Source: Octopus sinensis
Lineage: Eukaryota
Direction of reading: 5' to 3'
DNA length: 64,000 nt
Assembly (NCBI RefSeq): GCF_006345805.1
Contig: NC_043005.1
Coordinates: 48,360,001-48,424,000, forward strand
Below the pieces are notes generated by a model. It saw only the letters and a list, made by a program, of their open reading frames with translations, was not told the DNA's origin and ran no database searches. Position numbers and translations under genes: made by a program. Each line of letters begins with the position of its first letter. Within the stretch, counting starts at the first letter, position 1. This document shows positions 15,060 to 27,997 of the stretch, piece by piece.

Positions 15060-15300
15060 AAAACTCTTGAGGAGTTGGGAAATATTAATGGTTGTTGTTG
15101 CAGGCATATTTGCAGTAGATCTGGCTTTAGAAAATTTGTACTGGTGGTGGTGGAGAAACGAGAGGAAGAGCAATTTAAGATGATGAAGAATGCTTTCTCT
15201 AAGGCTTTTTGCATTATGTTTGAAGTGTTGAAATTTAGAAAGAAAGGATGGTAGCTTGCAGGGCTAGAGTGGCTGTTGCTTTTCTCAACAACGGGACATA
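15060..15300 (-). mobile_element. Decayed Jockey/CR1-like LINE reverse-transcriptase N-terminal fragment
   Basis: Minus strand PVVEKSNSHSSPASYHPFFL..SNIMQK, then (frameshift) LHHHQYKFSKARSTANM, resembling P.PKKG..S.P.NYRPI.L...K.ME and L...QYGFRK.RST.D. Confidence 0.6.
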
Positions 15301-15668
15301 TCGTCACATGTTTTCACAAATTGAGATGGGGATATAAATGAAAGTATGTGACGACAAATGAATGTGTCTTTATGTATGTGTAGGTTTCAATATAGCAATT
15401 AAAATATACTATTTTTTTTACTTCATGCTAAGCTAATAACTAAACTAATTTCTGTCATGGCAGATAAAGTCGTTTACAACTTAATTTTCCCGAATAAGAA
15501 AATGTATATGAACACACGACATTTATACTCGTTCACATAAATGTGTAAATATATGCGAATGTGAATGCATGAGTGTATAAAGGACGCGCGCATGTTTGTG
15601 TGTATGTGTGTGTAAAGGCACTGGCTTTAAAATGGATGACGAAAAGCTAAATACTAACAAAGAAACAG

Positions 15669-15770
15669 GTCCGGGAAATGCCAAACACCGAGCGAGCTTA
15701 ACTGATGAGGCAACGGAAACTGCTAAAACTGTCTTCAGACTTAATAATTCTCGGTCGGCATTTTTCGGAC
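15669..15770 (+). ncRNA. Degenerate type-I hammerhead ribozyme in an extended stem
   Basis: ttaa-CTGATGA(15702-08)-ggca..tgct-aAAA-ctg tctt cag-ac-ttaa; outer stems accgag/ctcggt and gtccgggaaatgcc/ggcatttttcggac; two core mutations (GAAA>AAAA, GUC>GAC). Confidence 0.5.
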
Positions 15771-15950
15771 ACTAGCGTATATGTTTTCATTGATGAGCGT
15801 TAACTACAGCATTAGAGCATTTTAGCATTTATTTCTATCAATGTAGGAGTTTTTTTAACATCCTAGTCATATTATATATAATATATCATTGATCGGAACG
15901 GTACAGTTGGAGGGCCTGACAAATAATAAAAGGAAAGGAAAAGGTAAAAG

Positions 15951-15986
<36 letters not shown>

Positions 15987-16518
15987 AAATCTGAGAGGAA
16001 ATGATGCTTCACAATTAATACGTACATAGCATATAGCAATACTCACGCGTGTGTGTGTGTGCATGCATGTGTGTTGTGTGTGTGTGTGTGTGTGTGTGTG
16101 TGGTCTCTATTATTTGGTTTTGGCGTTACTTGGAAGTTCACCAAGTTATTGCATGCAGTCCCTGATAGTCATTTTCATAATGAAACAATGAACCTGCAAT
16201 CGATCAAAATATGCGAGTGAGCTTTGTAAAGCGTGTCTATTTTAGTCATTGGAATATTCTTTGGTTTGTCGTGAAGATCTCTTACTGAGATATTATGTAA
16301 CCGTTTGATAAAATTCTGGAGTATAAATTAATATCAATCCCGGAGACTGCTTATAACATGTGCTTCACTTTAAATTGTACTGTGTTCTCAATCGTTGTTC
16401 AATAAGGATCATTTTACCAACAGTTGCACACACGTAGACTTTCTCTCTGTCACTTTCTCTATCGCTCTCTCTGTCTCTCTTTCACACACACGCATATCAT
16501 TTTAACCAAAGACATATT

Positions 16519-16748
16519 TATTTCTTTATTTCCCACAAGGGGCTAAACATAGAGGGGACAAACAAGGACGAACAAAAGGTTTAAGTCGATTAGATTGACC
16601 CCAGTGCGTAAATGGTACTTATTTAATCGAGCCTGAAAGGATGAAGGGCAAAGTCGACCACGGCGGAATTTGAACTCAGAACGTAACGGCATGAAATACC
16701 GCTAAGCATTTCGCCCGGCGTGCTAACGATTCTGCCAGTTCGCCATCC
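16519..16748 (-). mobile_element. Near full-length SINE family A with 19-bp TSD
   Basis: TSD ttttaaccaaagacatatt (16500-16518) / ttttaacgaaagacatatt (16749-16767); matches the copy at 60660. Confidence 0.95.
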
Positions 16749-17091
16749 TTTTAACGAAAGACATATTGGCTTTACATATTTTATGCGCATAAATAACAGA
16801 TGCTGACCTATACGAATACCTGTCTAGACATCCATAATATTAATGAACGAATATGTACTTTAAGACAGTGAGTAAGTCATTTTAGTACCACTAAATTGAA
16901 CTTCTCTCCTTTGTGGAACTCGGAAGTAACTTCCCTAATATATACATATATATATATGTATGTATATAGCTAGATAGATATAGATATTGATAAATACGTG
17001 CACAGGTGTGTATGTGTGTAACTGTTTGTGTGTGTGTGCCTGTGTCTATGTGTATGTTTGCATTGAGCTGGTATATATATACATATATAGT

Positions 17092-17236
17092 AGAGATTTA
17101 TAGAAAAACAAAAGACGGAGACAGGTATATTAGTTTGACGCTCAGGAAAGTGAAAAAGACTTTTACGTTTCCAGCCTACGCTCTCCAGCAGAATGGGGTA
17201 AGAGAAAATAAACAGAGAGAATAAAAAAACTTGTAG

Positions 17237-17238
<2 letters not shown>
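17092..17238 (-). mobile_element. Short Penelope pLTR-like island with a decayed hammerhead
   Basis: Minus strand CTGCTGG-agagc gtag gctg-GAAA-cgta; shares gcgctcaggaaa-like context with 58640-58780. Confidence 0.5.
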
Positions 17239-17278
<40 letters not shown>

Positions 17279-17336
17279 TATATACACACGTACAATGTAC
17301 ATGCCTACATATATATGTGTGTGTGTATATGTGTGT

Positions 17337-17375
<39 letters not shown>

Positions 17376-17382
17376 CATGCAT

Positions 17383-18247
17383 ATATGGGCACAGGACGTC
17401 AAAAAACGTGAGCAAAATGGGAAACGAGATCATAAAAACGAAAGTATGGAAGACGAACTCTTTGCGAACAACGAAAGTAACAGATAGAGAAACGAGACAG
17501 GCAACATAACGAATATTCCCTTCATCAGTTGTCCCCTGTTTTATCTACTCCGCGTTTCGAAGGTAGAGACAAGACGTGACATCGTTAAAACAGTCCTTCA
17601 CGCAAAGCAAATTAAATAAAATTTAGGATTTTTTTCGGAGAGTTAAAGTGATAACAAGACAATTAGAACAAAACAGTAAAAACAAACGGTGTGGGCTATT
17701 AAGCCATAACGAGGTGAAGTGGTGAATGCTAGAAAAACGAGCTTTGAGAAGAGACAGGCAAAAGCACCTCTTGTTTTTAGGAAGGAAGTGAACGAAAGAT
17801 AGATAGCCGTTGGTCACGTGTGAGTAACGAGAGAGTCAAGGAGAAAGAGTGAGGGAGAGAAAGAGAGAGAGAGGGGGAACGGTGAAGGAGAAAGAGGAGA
17901 AGAATTAGAGAAAGGGTAGAAGAGAAAAACAGAATGGAAGAAGAACAAGAGAGGGAGATAGAGTAGAGTGCGTGTCGGAATTATTAAGATAAAACTTATT
18001 TGGAAATGGATGCATGGCGTTCGATGATATAATATATATATATATATGCATATATACATACATACATATACATGTCTACATATATATATGCATATATGGG
18101 TACAGGACGTCAAAAATACGTGTACAAAATGAGAAACGGGAACATTAGAAACAAAAGCATGGAAAACGTAGTTTTTTCGAGCAACGAAAGAAACAAATCG
18201 AGAAACGAGATAGGCAACATAAAGAACATTCCCTTCATCAGTTGTCA
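17383..18247 (-). mobile_element. Penelope-like 3' region with a partial tandem direct repeat (17383-17532 ~ 18094-18247)
   Basis: Both repeats run atggg(c/t)acaggacgtcaaaaa...ttcccttcatcagttgtc; minus strand has GAAACGCGGAGTA and CTGATGAAGGG motifs; bounded by TA/CA microsatellites. Confidence 0.55.
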
Positions 18248-18252
18248 CATAC

Positions 18253-18470
18253 AAGGCAAGGAGTTGGAAGAGTTGTTAGTACGGTAGAAAGAATATTTAG
18301 CGGTATTTTGTTAATCTTCATGTTCTGAGTTCAAAATCCATCGAGGTTGTCTTTGCTTTACATTCTTTCGAGGTCGATAAAATATAAGTGCAGTTGAGTA
18401 CTGGGATCGAGGTAATCGATTCGCCTCCCCTCCCCCGATATTGCTGGCATTGCGACAAAGTTTGAAACTC
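18253..18470 (+). mobile_element. SINE family A (decayed)
   Basis: gttctgagttcaaaatccatcgaggttgtctttgc...ggtcgataaaat...gtactgggatcga. Confidence 0.85.
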
Positions 18471-18528
18471 AAATACGTATACATATATGCATGTGTGTGT
18501 GTAAGTATGTATGTATGTATTCACATAT

Positions 18529-18568
<40 letters not shown>

Positions 18569-19368
18569 TAATACGCATTTGAATCGTCAATGAGAAATCT
18601 CTGCCACCCAAAAATGTGTGAGCGTGCGTTCGTGCGTGTGCGTATATGTGTGAGTGTGTTTACATATGCAATGTATACACAGATGCGTGCACACACAATG
18701 TTTAATTCATGCAAGTATATCTCTTTGTGTTTATGTGTAGCTCCGCTTGTATACATGTGTGTCTGTTTTTGTGTGCAGGTGTGTTTGTATGTATGTATAT
18801 GTGTGTGTGTGTGTGTGTGTATGTGTGTGGGTGTGTGTGTGCGTATTGTGCTGGCATTAATTAATACCAAATAATTTACTGAATGTTAAAACAATAGTCA
18901 ACCACTTTAAAATATTAGTCAATGAAAGAAAACGTTTGTGTCGCTTCTTAATGTCAAAAATACAATACACCAGAGCGTAAGACTTAAGTCTTTTTATCTT
19001 AAGACAAGACACTATAGAGTCCAGAGTATCGTTTTGAAAACCATTATTGTTTATATATATACGTATGTGCATCTGTATTTTTGTATGCGTTTGAGCGTGT
19101 GTGTGTATATATAAAGAAATGAATTATGTAATATTCATAATACAATTTTTATGTTTGCACAAACCTATCAGTTAACAATACATACAATTCAATATTTGTT
19201 TGGTTTCTTATTTCTGTCCATTGTTCTCATCTTTAGGTAAATCATTGTTTTAAGCTATGCCAGAAATACCTGTCTTTTGACCCTTTTGTGTATTGTGCAT
19301 AGGTACTGTACTCATATAAACGAATGTTTGATATACATACTTAAATATATGCATACATATATATATAT

Positions 19369-19411
<43 letters not shown>

Positions 19412-19439
19412 ATATATATATATATATATATGTGTGGTG

Positions 19440-19475
<36 letters not shown>

Positions 19476-19566
19476 TATACATATATATATACACATACAT
19501 ACATACATGCATACATACATACATACATACATACATACATACATACATACATACATACATACATAC

Positions 19567-19710
19567 GCGTGGTTAGGAGTTTGGTTTCCCATCATGTGGT
19601 TCCAAGTTTAGCCCCATTGCGTAACACCAAATGTCTTCTGCTATAGACTTGGGACCGACCAAAGCTTTGTGCGTGGATTTGGTAGACGGAAACTGAAAGA
19701 AGCCCGACCA
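19567..19710 (+). mobile_element. SINE family B 5' half
   Basis: tgtcttctgctatag...ccaaagctttgtgcgtggatttggtagacggaaactgaaagaagccc. Confidence 0.85.
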
Positions 19711-19886
19711 ATATATATATATATATAAATTTAAAAATTAAAATTCAAAATTATTTCCGGTATTTTTGCGCGCCAAAACGAACACTTTTGAAATATAACC
19801 CCAAATGTAATTGATAGAACTATATACATGCTCAATCTCATGCGGACGTCCCGTGTATAGTTCTTCAAATTATATTTTGCTATGAC

Positions 19887-19959
19887 GATCACACTGACGA
19901 GTTGTGGACATCTACGTAAGTGATTACGTAAGTGGTAACAACGAAACTGGTTTGTGATT
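19887..19959 (+). ncRNA. Minimal type-I hammerhead ribozyme, intact core
   Basis: Stem I gatcaca/tgtgatt (7 bp); CTGACGA 19894-19900; stem II gttgt/acaac with inner tacgtaa/ttacgta; GAAA 19943-46; self-complementary stem III ACTGGT; GUU triplet 19950-52. Confidence 0.8.
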
Positions 19960-20104
19960 AATCTGTATATTTTGTATCTTTTCATTTATCTTACTCGCTT
20001 ACGTTCTGGCGTTTGCTAAATTTCCTTGAGAACATTTCTTTCTTAGTGGTAAGACCATAGGAGGTCGACTTCTAGCATATTGGATGTCCACATAGTAGTC
20101 ATCC

Positions 20105-20184
<80 letters not shown>

Positions 20185-20234
20185 GTATGTATGTACGTAT
20201 GTTACGTATGTGTCTATATTATATAATATATATA

Positions 20235-20325
20235 TAGTAGAAGACATATGCCCAAGTGTCATGCAGTGGAACTGAATCCGGACCGTGTGGTTGAAAAGCA
20301 AACTTTTTAACACACACCTGCGCCC
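20235..20325 (-). mobile_element. SINE family B head fragment
   Basis: agtagaagacatatgcccaagtgtcatgcagtggaactgaatcc...cacacctgcgcc. Confidence 0.75.
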
Positions 20326-20732
20326 GCGTCCATTGAAAAACTTTATCTGACAACCAGCATTTTCAAGAGCATCTGAATATGAAAGGAAATTATGCTTCAG
20401 TCTCATCAATCCCGGCATATCGATTTACTTCTGTCTTCATTCTTCCAAAATCGCTCACAACTTTTTATCATCAGTCCTTTGTATCTCATCTACGTGTCAC
20501 CTTCTCACTTCTCCCTACTTCTTCATGCCTTTTCTATTCGTAGAAAATTCCCTATATTCATTTCAAAGCTTTGAAAACTTTTTGTTGGAAATTAAACAGT
20601 TGTCAGGTCTGAAACATTCATTTAAATAAATATTTTAATCTCGCTTACCATGCATCATTTTAGTTACTGTGGCTTACTTGATTGTTGCAAGCTATGCTGA
20701 TATTTGTGTCGAAAATATGCTGATATTTGATT

Positions 20733-20774
20733 GGTAACTGACGAGACGTTTGAGCATGTCCGCGCGTCCGTTAT
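20733..20774 (+). ncRNA. Hammerhead remnant lacking the GAAA box
   Basis: CTGACGA(20738-44)-gacgt..atgtc-[no GAAA]-cgcgc-GTC-cgtta; same CGCGCGT stem III as the 58353 ribozyme. Confidence 0.45.
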
Positions 20775-20846
20775 GTGTGTTTTCGTGTTATTCTAAACTT
20801 CCCACCTAGTTAACCTACAATAAAGTATAAATGTGTGTGTGTATGC

Positions 20847-20884
<38 letters not shown>

Positions 20885-20984
20885 GTAGAGAGAGAGAGAG
20901 AGAGAGGAAGTGGAGGAGAGGGAGTGGCGTGTATATATATATATATTATATATATATATATACAGGCACACTCCCTCTCCTCCA

Positions 20985-21224
20985 CTTCCTCTATTTCTAT
21001 TTCAGTTATTACACTGCGGTCATGCTGAAGCATTGCTTTCACGAATTTTTAATCGAATAAATCGCCCCAAGTACTTATATTTGTTTGTTTAAGCTTTGTA
21101 CTTAATATACTGGCCTTTCTTGAACCGCTGATTTACGAGAATGTAAACGCACCAACACCGGTTGTCAAGCCATGGTGAGGAACAAACACACATACGCACA
21201 CACATATACCTACATGCTTATATG

Positions 21225-21267
<43 letters not shown>

Positions 21268-21680
21268 TTCTTCATTGCCCACAGGGAGCTACATAGAGGG
21301 GACAAACAAAGGGATTAAGTCAATTACATCGACCCCAGTACGTAAATGGTACTTATTTAATCGACCCTAAAAGGATGAAAAGCAAAGTCGACCTCGGCGG
21401 AATTTGAACTCAGAACGTAACAGTAGACGAAATACCGCTAAGCATTTCGCTCGGCGTGCTAACGTTTCTGCCAGCTCGCCGCCCTAATATATATAGATAT
21501 ACATATAAATATAGATACACACACACACACACACACACACCTGATGCGCCTCTCTTCAATTTTCGTCCACCAAATCCACTCACAAGGCATTGGTTGGCCC
21601 GAGGCTATAATAGAAGACACTTGCGAAGACGTGCAGTGGGATTCGACTGAGAACTATGTGGTTGGTAAACAATTATCAAC
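20985..21680 (-). mobile_element. SINE family B with a SINE family A copy (21268-21485) nested in its internal microsatellite
   Basis: B 3' half 20985-21190, B 5' half 21545-21680; complete A copy between them. Confidence 0.85.
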
Positions 21681-22544
21681 TTCATCTAATTCGAGTTCCA
21701 CCGTAAAAAGCGATATATCACACACACACACACACATGAGACAACGAAATTTATGTTTCATAACTAGTACATGATGAGTTCTTGATCTATTTAAAGCATC
21801 ATCTGTTTGTGAGAAGGCAAATATACACCCTGCGGCGTGAGTAGTCTGGAGCACTCAACACTTCGCTGAAATAAAGATGCCGTTGCCTCACAACGTCATG
21901 AGACAGCAGTTGCCTTGCGTTACCTTCAGCCCGATATAAGACTGAGACATACAGATAGAATGGCGAATATTTATAGCTTAGAGTAATTTGCATGATTAGA
22001 GTGAAAAATTCACGGTAACCAGTGACATAGATTTGGACAAGCATAAAGAAAAGTATGTTAAAAACCTTAAAAGATTAACTCTCGATTCATTGAAATTAAT
22101 TTTGCTTCGAGAGAAAGTAAACGAACACACGGCGACAATTACGTCCTACTCCGATAAAAAAGAAGTTACACTCAAGCAATCAACAGTTCTCCTGAATTAA
22201 CATACTATTAAGGAAAAGAATAACTTTTATTTTATTTTATTTTATTTATTTATTTATTTATTTTCAGAAGACAAGAGGTTAGCTATGAACAGGTGACTCT
22301 GCATTAGACGTATTGTTTTTCTTACCTATTCCTACCTGCCTTTTCATAAATAACAGCTTGGTAAATTCTCTCAAAGCATTTTTATTATTCCTTTCGATAA
22401 TTCTTTCCTAATTACTTCTGTCACACGAGGACAGTAACACTTAATGGTCGTTCCCTCAACTACTTTCTCTCTCATTCTCTTTGATTCTTTCTTGCTTCCT
22501 TCATTTGTTTCTGTCTTTCTTACTTTCTGCTCTACTTCTGTTTA

Positions 22545-22700
22545 TTGTTGTTTAGCCTCAGATGAACCCTGACTCCACAGACCTGCGATCAAAGACGTTC
22601 CAATCATTACTATCGTGCCTATTTTCACCTCGTCCTCATTTTTTTCTAAGACAATTCAGCCTTGAGCGAGATTTGACTGCTATATCTAGCAAGCCATGCT
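22545..22700 (-). repeat. Unclassified dispersed repeat family E (gctagaaatagcagccaaatctccctcaaa motif)
   Basis: Homologous segments at about 421, 1770-1912, 10845, 25890-26080, 26655, 30150-30290, 33240 and 36780. Confidence 0.65.
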
Positions 22701-22958
22701 CGATGAACCATCGTTGGTTTGAAGTTCTTTCTGTAATCTGTTTATTCTCTTATCCTAGTTTTTTTTTCTTTTCCCCTTTTTCTCTGTCTTTGTGTATTTT
22801 CCATCGACCTGTCACCTAATTGATTCTGGTATCTATCTCTCATCTCTCAATCACTTGACTCACCAACGTTTCCGACCCACATCTCAGCCTATTTTCATTC
22901 ACTTCCTTCTTTGCCATGTAAAAACAATCATTCGTCCACACCCGCCCCACACACACAC

Positions 22959-23793
<835 letters not shown>

Positions 23794-24506
23794 CTCAACC
23801 ACCCTGGTAAATCATATTTCTCAAACAGAGCTACATCTGTACCCTGCCTCTCTCTTTCACACATACATACTACTCTCTCTCTCTTTCTGTGCATCACTCT
23901 CCCTCTCACTCTTTTCCTCCCTCTCTCTCTCTCTCTCTTTTCCTATGAGCTTAAGTGTTTCCTCTACAAATCCTTACTCTTTCGTTCTCTTTCTCTGAAC
24001 CCAAACTTTATATCTCCTTAGTAGTCTCCCGTCTCAATAACTCTTTAAATCTTTCTCTCCTGCTCCCTCTCATTCTCTGTTCATTGACCACTTCCGTCCC
24101 CAACCCCTCAGATTTTTCTTTATTCGTACATTACTACCTTTTATTTTTATTTTTCTTTCCTTTCATCCGTCTACCGTATAAAAACGCAACAACAAAATAC
24201 GTTGCCTATGGTCATGAAATAAGAATTAAATATTCCCAAACAGATAGAGACCTCTTTAGAAAAGCGAAGTTTGTCCGAACCAAAATACATTTCTTTCTTT
24301 ATATGTCAAATCATCAACGAAATGAAATGACCAGAATTTCTAATGAGATGTTTCAATGATAAAAAGAAGACAGTCTAGGTTCCATGTTAAATACATAAGG
24401 CTCATACATTCGAATAGAAAAATAGAGTAGAAAATATAATGCATACATATGTACTCGCCCGTTCACTCACAGACACATACACGTAGACATGCATGTACAC
24501 ACACAC

Positions 24507-24550
<44 letters not shown>

Positions 24551-25061
24551 ACACACACACTCGTGTATAGGCACCTGTCTTCTGATATATCGATCTAACG
24601 GTCAGAAATTCAAATTCCGATGCTATTATCTACAGCTGTCACATTGAATCTACTTACTTTACGGATGCAGCAACAGACGCTAATATCACTTCATCCTGAA
24701 GATGATAGTATGAAAATCTAGAAGCCTTGATCAAGGACGGACACACGTACACACACACACATAAAGCGCATTGAGGTATATAACAAATTATCTGCTCAAT
24801 TCCTCGCATTCATTTGTTTTTATTACATAAATATGTTCAGATGGACACATCCAACTTAGATTTTAAAATTCCGAAGATTTCAAAATCAATCGGCATTTCC
24901 CAAGAAAAAATACATTCAACATGTTTTGTAGAATAAATCCTACATAGCACATAAAAATTAATCAATTATTACAAGAATGATAACAGATTAATTATATTGA
25001 AATACGATGAAACGATTGTATATCAAGTATTATAAGGATTTGCTAATTCCATTATACATAC

Positions 25062-25120
<59 letters not shown>

Positions 25121-25864
25121 GCATGTATGTATGTATATCACACGTGTATATATATATTACATGGAATAGTTCTCAAACATGTTTAATTACATATACATCT
25201 ACGCTAGTTCAATTATACTGTTTATACTAATGATTCTTATTTTAAGATTTCTTTATTAATTTATGTTTAATTTGAAACAATAATGTTTCTCTGCATCTAA
25301 TTAGCCTTAGTGTCTATTAATTTTTAAAGAGGTTTTTGGTCTCATCTTCAGAATGTAATAGATGCTAGTGGCGTTCTATATAGTGCTTGCATTTGTGTGT
25401 ACGTGTGCATGCGTGCGTGTGTGTGTGAGTGAGTTAGTGAATGTGTGGGGTATCTGTGTGTGTGTTTGTAGCTTTATTATAACTAATAAATCACCATCAC
25501 TGAATTTTAAATGTTTAAGTGTTTACACTAATTTCAACAATCAGCATATACTTATGACTATATGTCTGTATACAATATAGCATAAACAACGTTTGTAAAC
25601 ATATACACACCCACATATATTATACATATGTTTATTTATAAATAATATAGATCGATTACTTTGACTAATGACGAAAGTGAAAAGATATAGTAAGTACGAT
25701 AATTTCTTTTCATTCATGATTGAAATACCTGACTTTTATTTTCAACAATTTAATTGGATGTACATTGTGATGCGTTTGACTGTTAGTGATGAAGATATTT
25801 TCGAAATGTATAAAATTTGTCATGAAGTTAGCAATCATATTTCTAACTTATACATGAACCAATA

Positions 25865-26080
25865 AGGGAGTCTCTTCCATATTACTAAGTTTGCTAGAAA
25901 TAGCAGCCAACATTCCTTTAAAGTGTGGCCTTCCGACTTAAAAAGAAGAAAGGAAAGACGCATTCGAAGAATATAGTTTCTGATTCACAAACAAGAAGAA
26001 AAAAGCTGGAATGGTCAAAACTGGAAATCTGTTGGTTATGTATTTGCTAAATCTGAACTGATATGGAGTTAAATAACAGT
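25865..26080 (+). repeat. Dispersed repeat family E copy
   Basis: ttgctagaaatagcagccaac...cttaaaaagaag...ggaatggtcaaaactggaa. Confidence 0.65.
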
Positions 26081-26399
26081 AGCAGTAATAAACATTGATT
26101 TTTAAAACGGTTGATTGACAGATAAAATGTCTTGTGACATTTACTTACATCCCTTCACGATGTGAGATAAAATCTTGGCAGGATTAACTCTTTCGTCCTA
26201 CTGGGATAAATTGAATAAGAACACAATTAATCTCTTCGACTGTTTAATCATCCAAGATTCGTTGACTATTTCCGTTTACATCAGTGACCAAACCACCATC
26301 ATGCATGGCACACTTCTCTGTTACGAGCGGTAAATCTCTATTCAAGATTGGTATCTAAAATAGTAAAGTAAGTACCATGGACATTACTGTCTTCAAGTC

Positions 26400-26605
26400 C
26401 TAGGACATGTAGCGTCCATCACTCGGTTTCCATGACGCATAAGCCACCGAGATCACATCTCTGAACGGGACACCAGCTGAGTGGATTGGAGCAACGTAAA
26501 ATAGAGTGTTTTGCTCAAAAACACAACGTACCGCCAAGTTCGGGAATCGAAACCACAATCTTGAGATCGAGAGTGCAACACTCTGACCAATAGGCCATGC
26601 ACCTC
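26400..26605 (-). mobile_element. SINE family D
   Basis: cagctgagtggattggagcaacgtaaaatagagtgttttgctcaaaaacacaacg...ggaatcgaaacc...ggccatgcacctc. Confidence 0.85.
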
Positions 26606-27148
26606 CTCAGACATCTCACCGAAAATGCGGTCTATCACCTTCATGAGGTCGTATAACCTGTTAGAAATAACAACTAAATCTCTTTCAAACAACCTTATCT
26701 CTCCCCTAAGTGGAGTGTTAAGTTGGATAATGTATTCTTGCGTAATTATGACTGGAAATAAATTCACCCCTGGAATATCTTCGACTCTACGTCTGCAGTT
26801 CCATCTATGTGTTAAAACAACTATAATGAAATTTAGTCGCGCTTGTTAGATTCTGGGTTCAAATCTCAACGGGTCTACTTAGACTTTTATTATTATAGAG
26901 TAGATAAAATAGATACCAATCAAGTACAGAATCAATTTGAATTACTGTTCCCCGTCTTACAAGAGCCTTGGCCTTGTCCCGATTTGAGAAATGAATTATA
27001 TGTTGTCATTTACGCATTTTTACTCTTTCTCACCCGTTCTCTCTCACATGTCCTTTATCTGATCTCTCTCTCTCTCTCTTCCTTCCACCTCTCTCTCTCT
27101 CTCTACTTTTCTTTTTATTGTACACACACATCTCAAAAATAAATAAAT

Positions 27149-27641
27149 ATCCCTCATTATATTGCTTTTATCTGTGCAGACACTTCCTTTGTGCTTCGAA
27201 TCTGCTAACATATAATTAGCTAAATTGTTGGAGATAACCCACCAAACTACTCCGACTCATTGGAGATGCTCTGCAGCATCAGCTGCCTTACAACGGGGAT
27301 TATTTTCAGTAAACCGCTCGACATCCCCAAAACACTTGTCAGAAAGCCCAGGCCCACCTTAGTGGGATGGTATTGATTCCTTTCCTTTGCTGATGAATTG
27401 TACAATCACTTTGTTGATTATGGCCCGAGGAATCCCAAGATTTTTGTGCAGTTTTACGCTGACCTACAATACGCCCTCTTTGAAAAACAGCCAACTCTTT
27501 TGTTTCTGGTGTTCATGGCAAAGCTAGTCGCTATGAACAATTAATGTACTGTATTCTGAAATGAAAAATAATAAATAATGGATTAATTATTTTGAAGCAT
27601 CAAGAACTGTCTGCACAAATAAAACGGTACGATGAGGGGTG
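27149..27641 (-). mobile_element. Internally deleted Tc1-like DNA transposon (about 35-bp TIRs, N-terminal HTH remnant)
   Basis: TIRs ccctcattatattgcttttatctgtgcagacact (27151-84) / actgtctgcacaaataaaacggtacgatgaggggtg|TA (27606-43); minus strand PETKELAVFQRGRIVG...LGIPRAIINKVIVQF...ENNPRCKAAD. Confidence 0.75.
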
Positions 27642-27962
27642 TATGTTTGTTCCCTGATATGCCTGTGTATACCTTATCTCTGTTTCAGCTGTTGAGTATA
27701 TTTTATTCCGTTATTTTCCTGTATAGTTGATGGATCGGCAGATTCGTTAAACGCGTTAGATCATTTTACGGTACATCAGCCGGATCCAATTCAAATTCAA
27801 GTCAGGTCAATTTTGCTTTTTACTCGTCGCTTGTCGATAAATGAAATACCACTGGTATGGGGTCGATGTTCCTGATATGGGATCGATGTTCCTGATGTAC
27901 TCTTTCTTTCTTTCTCTCTCTCTCTCTTTATCTCTCTTTTTCTCTCTCTTTCTCTCTCTCCC

Positions 27963-27997
<35 letters not shown>

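Noticed and set aside
24686-24740. cCTGAAGAtgat..atct agaag hammerhead-like string
   Set aside because: No GAAA box, and the stems are not convincingly paired.
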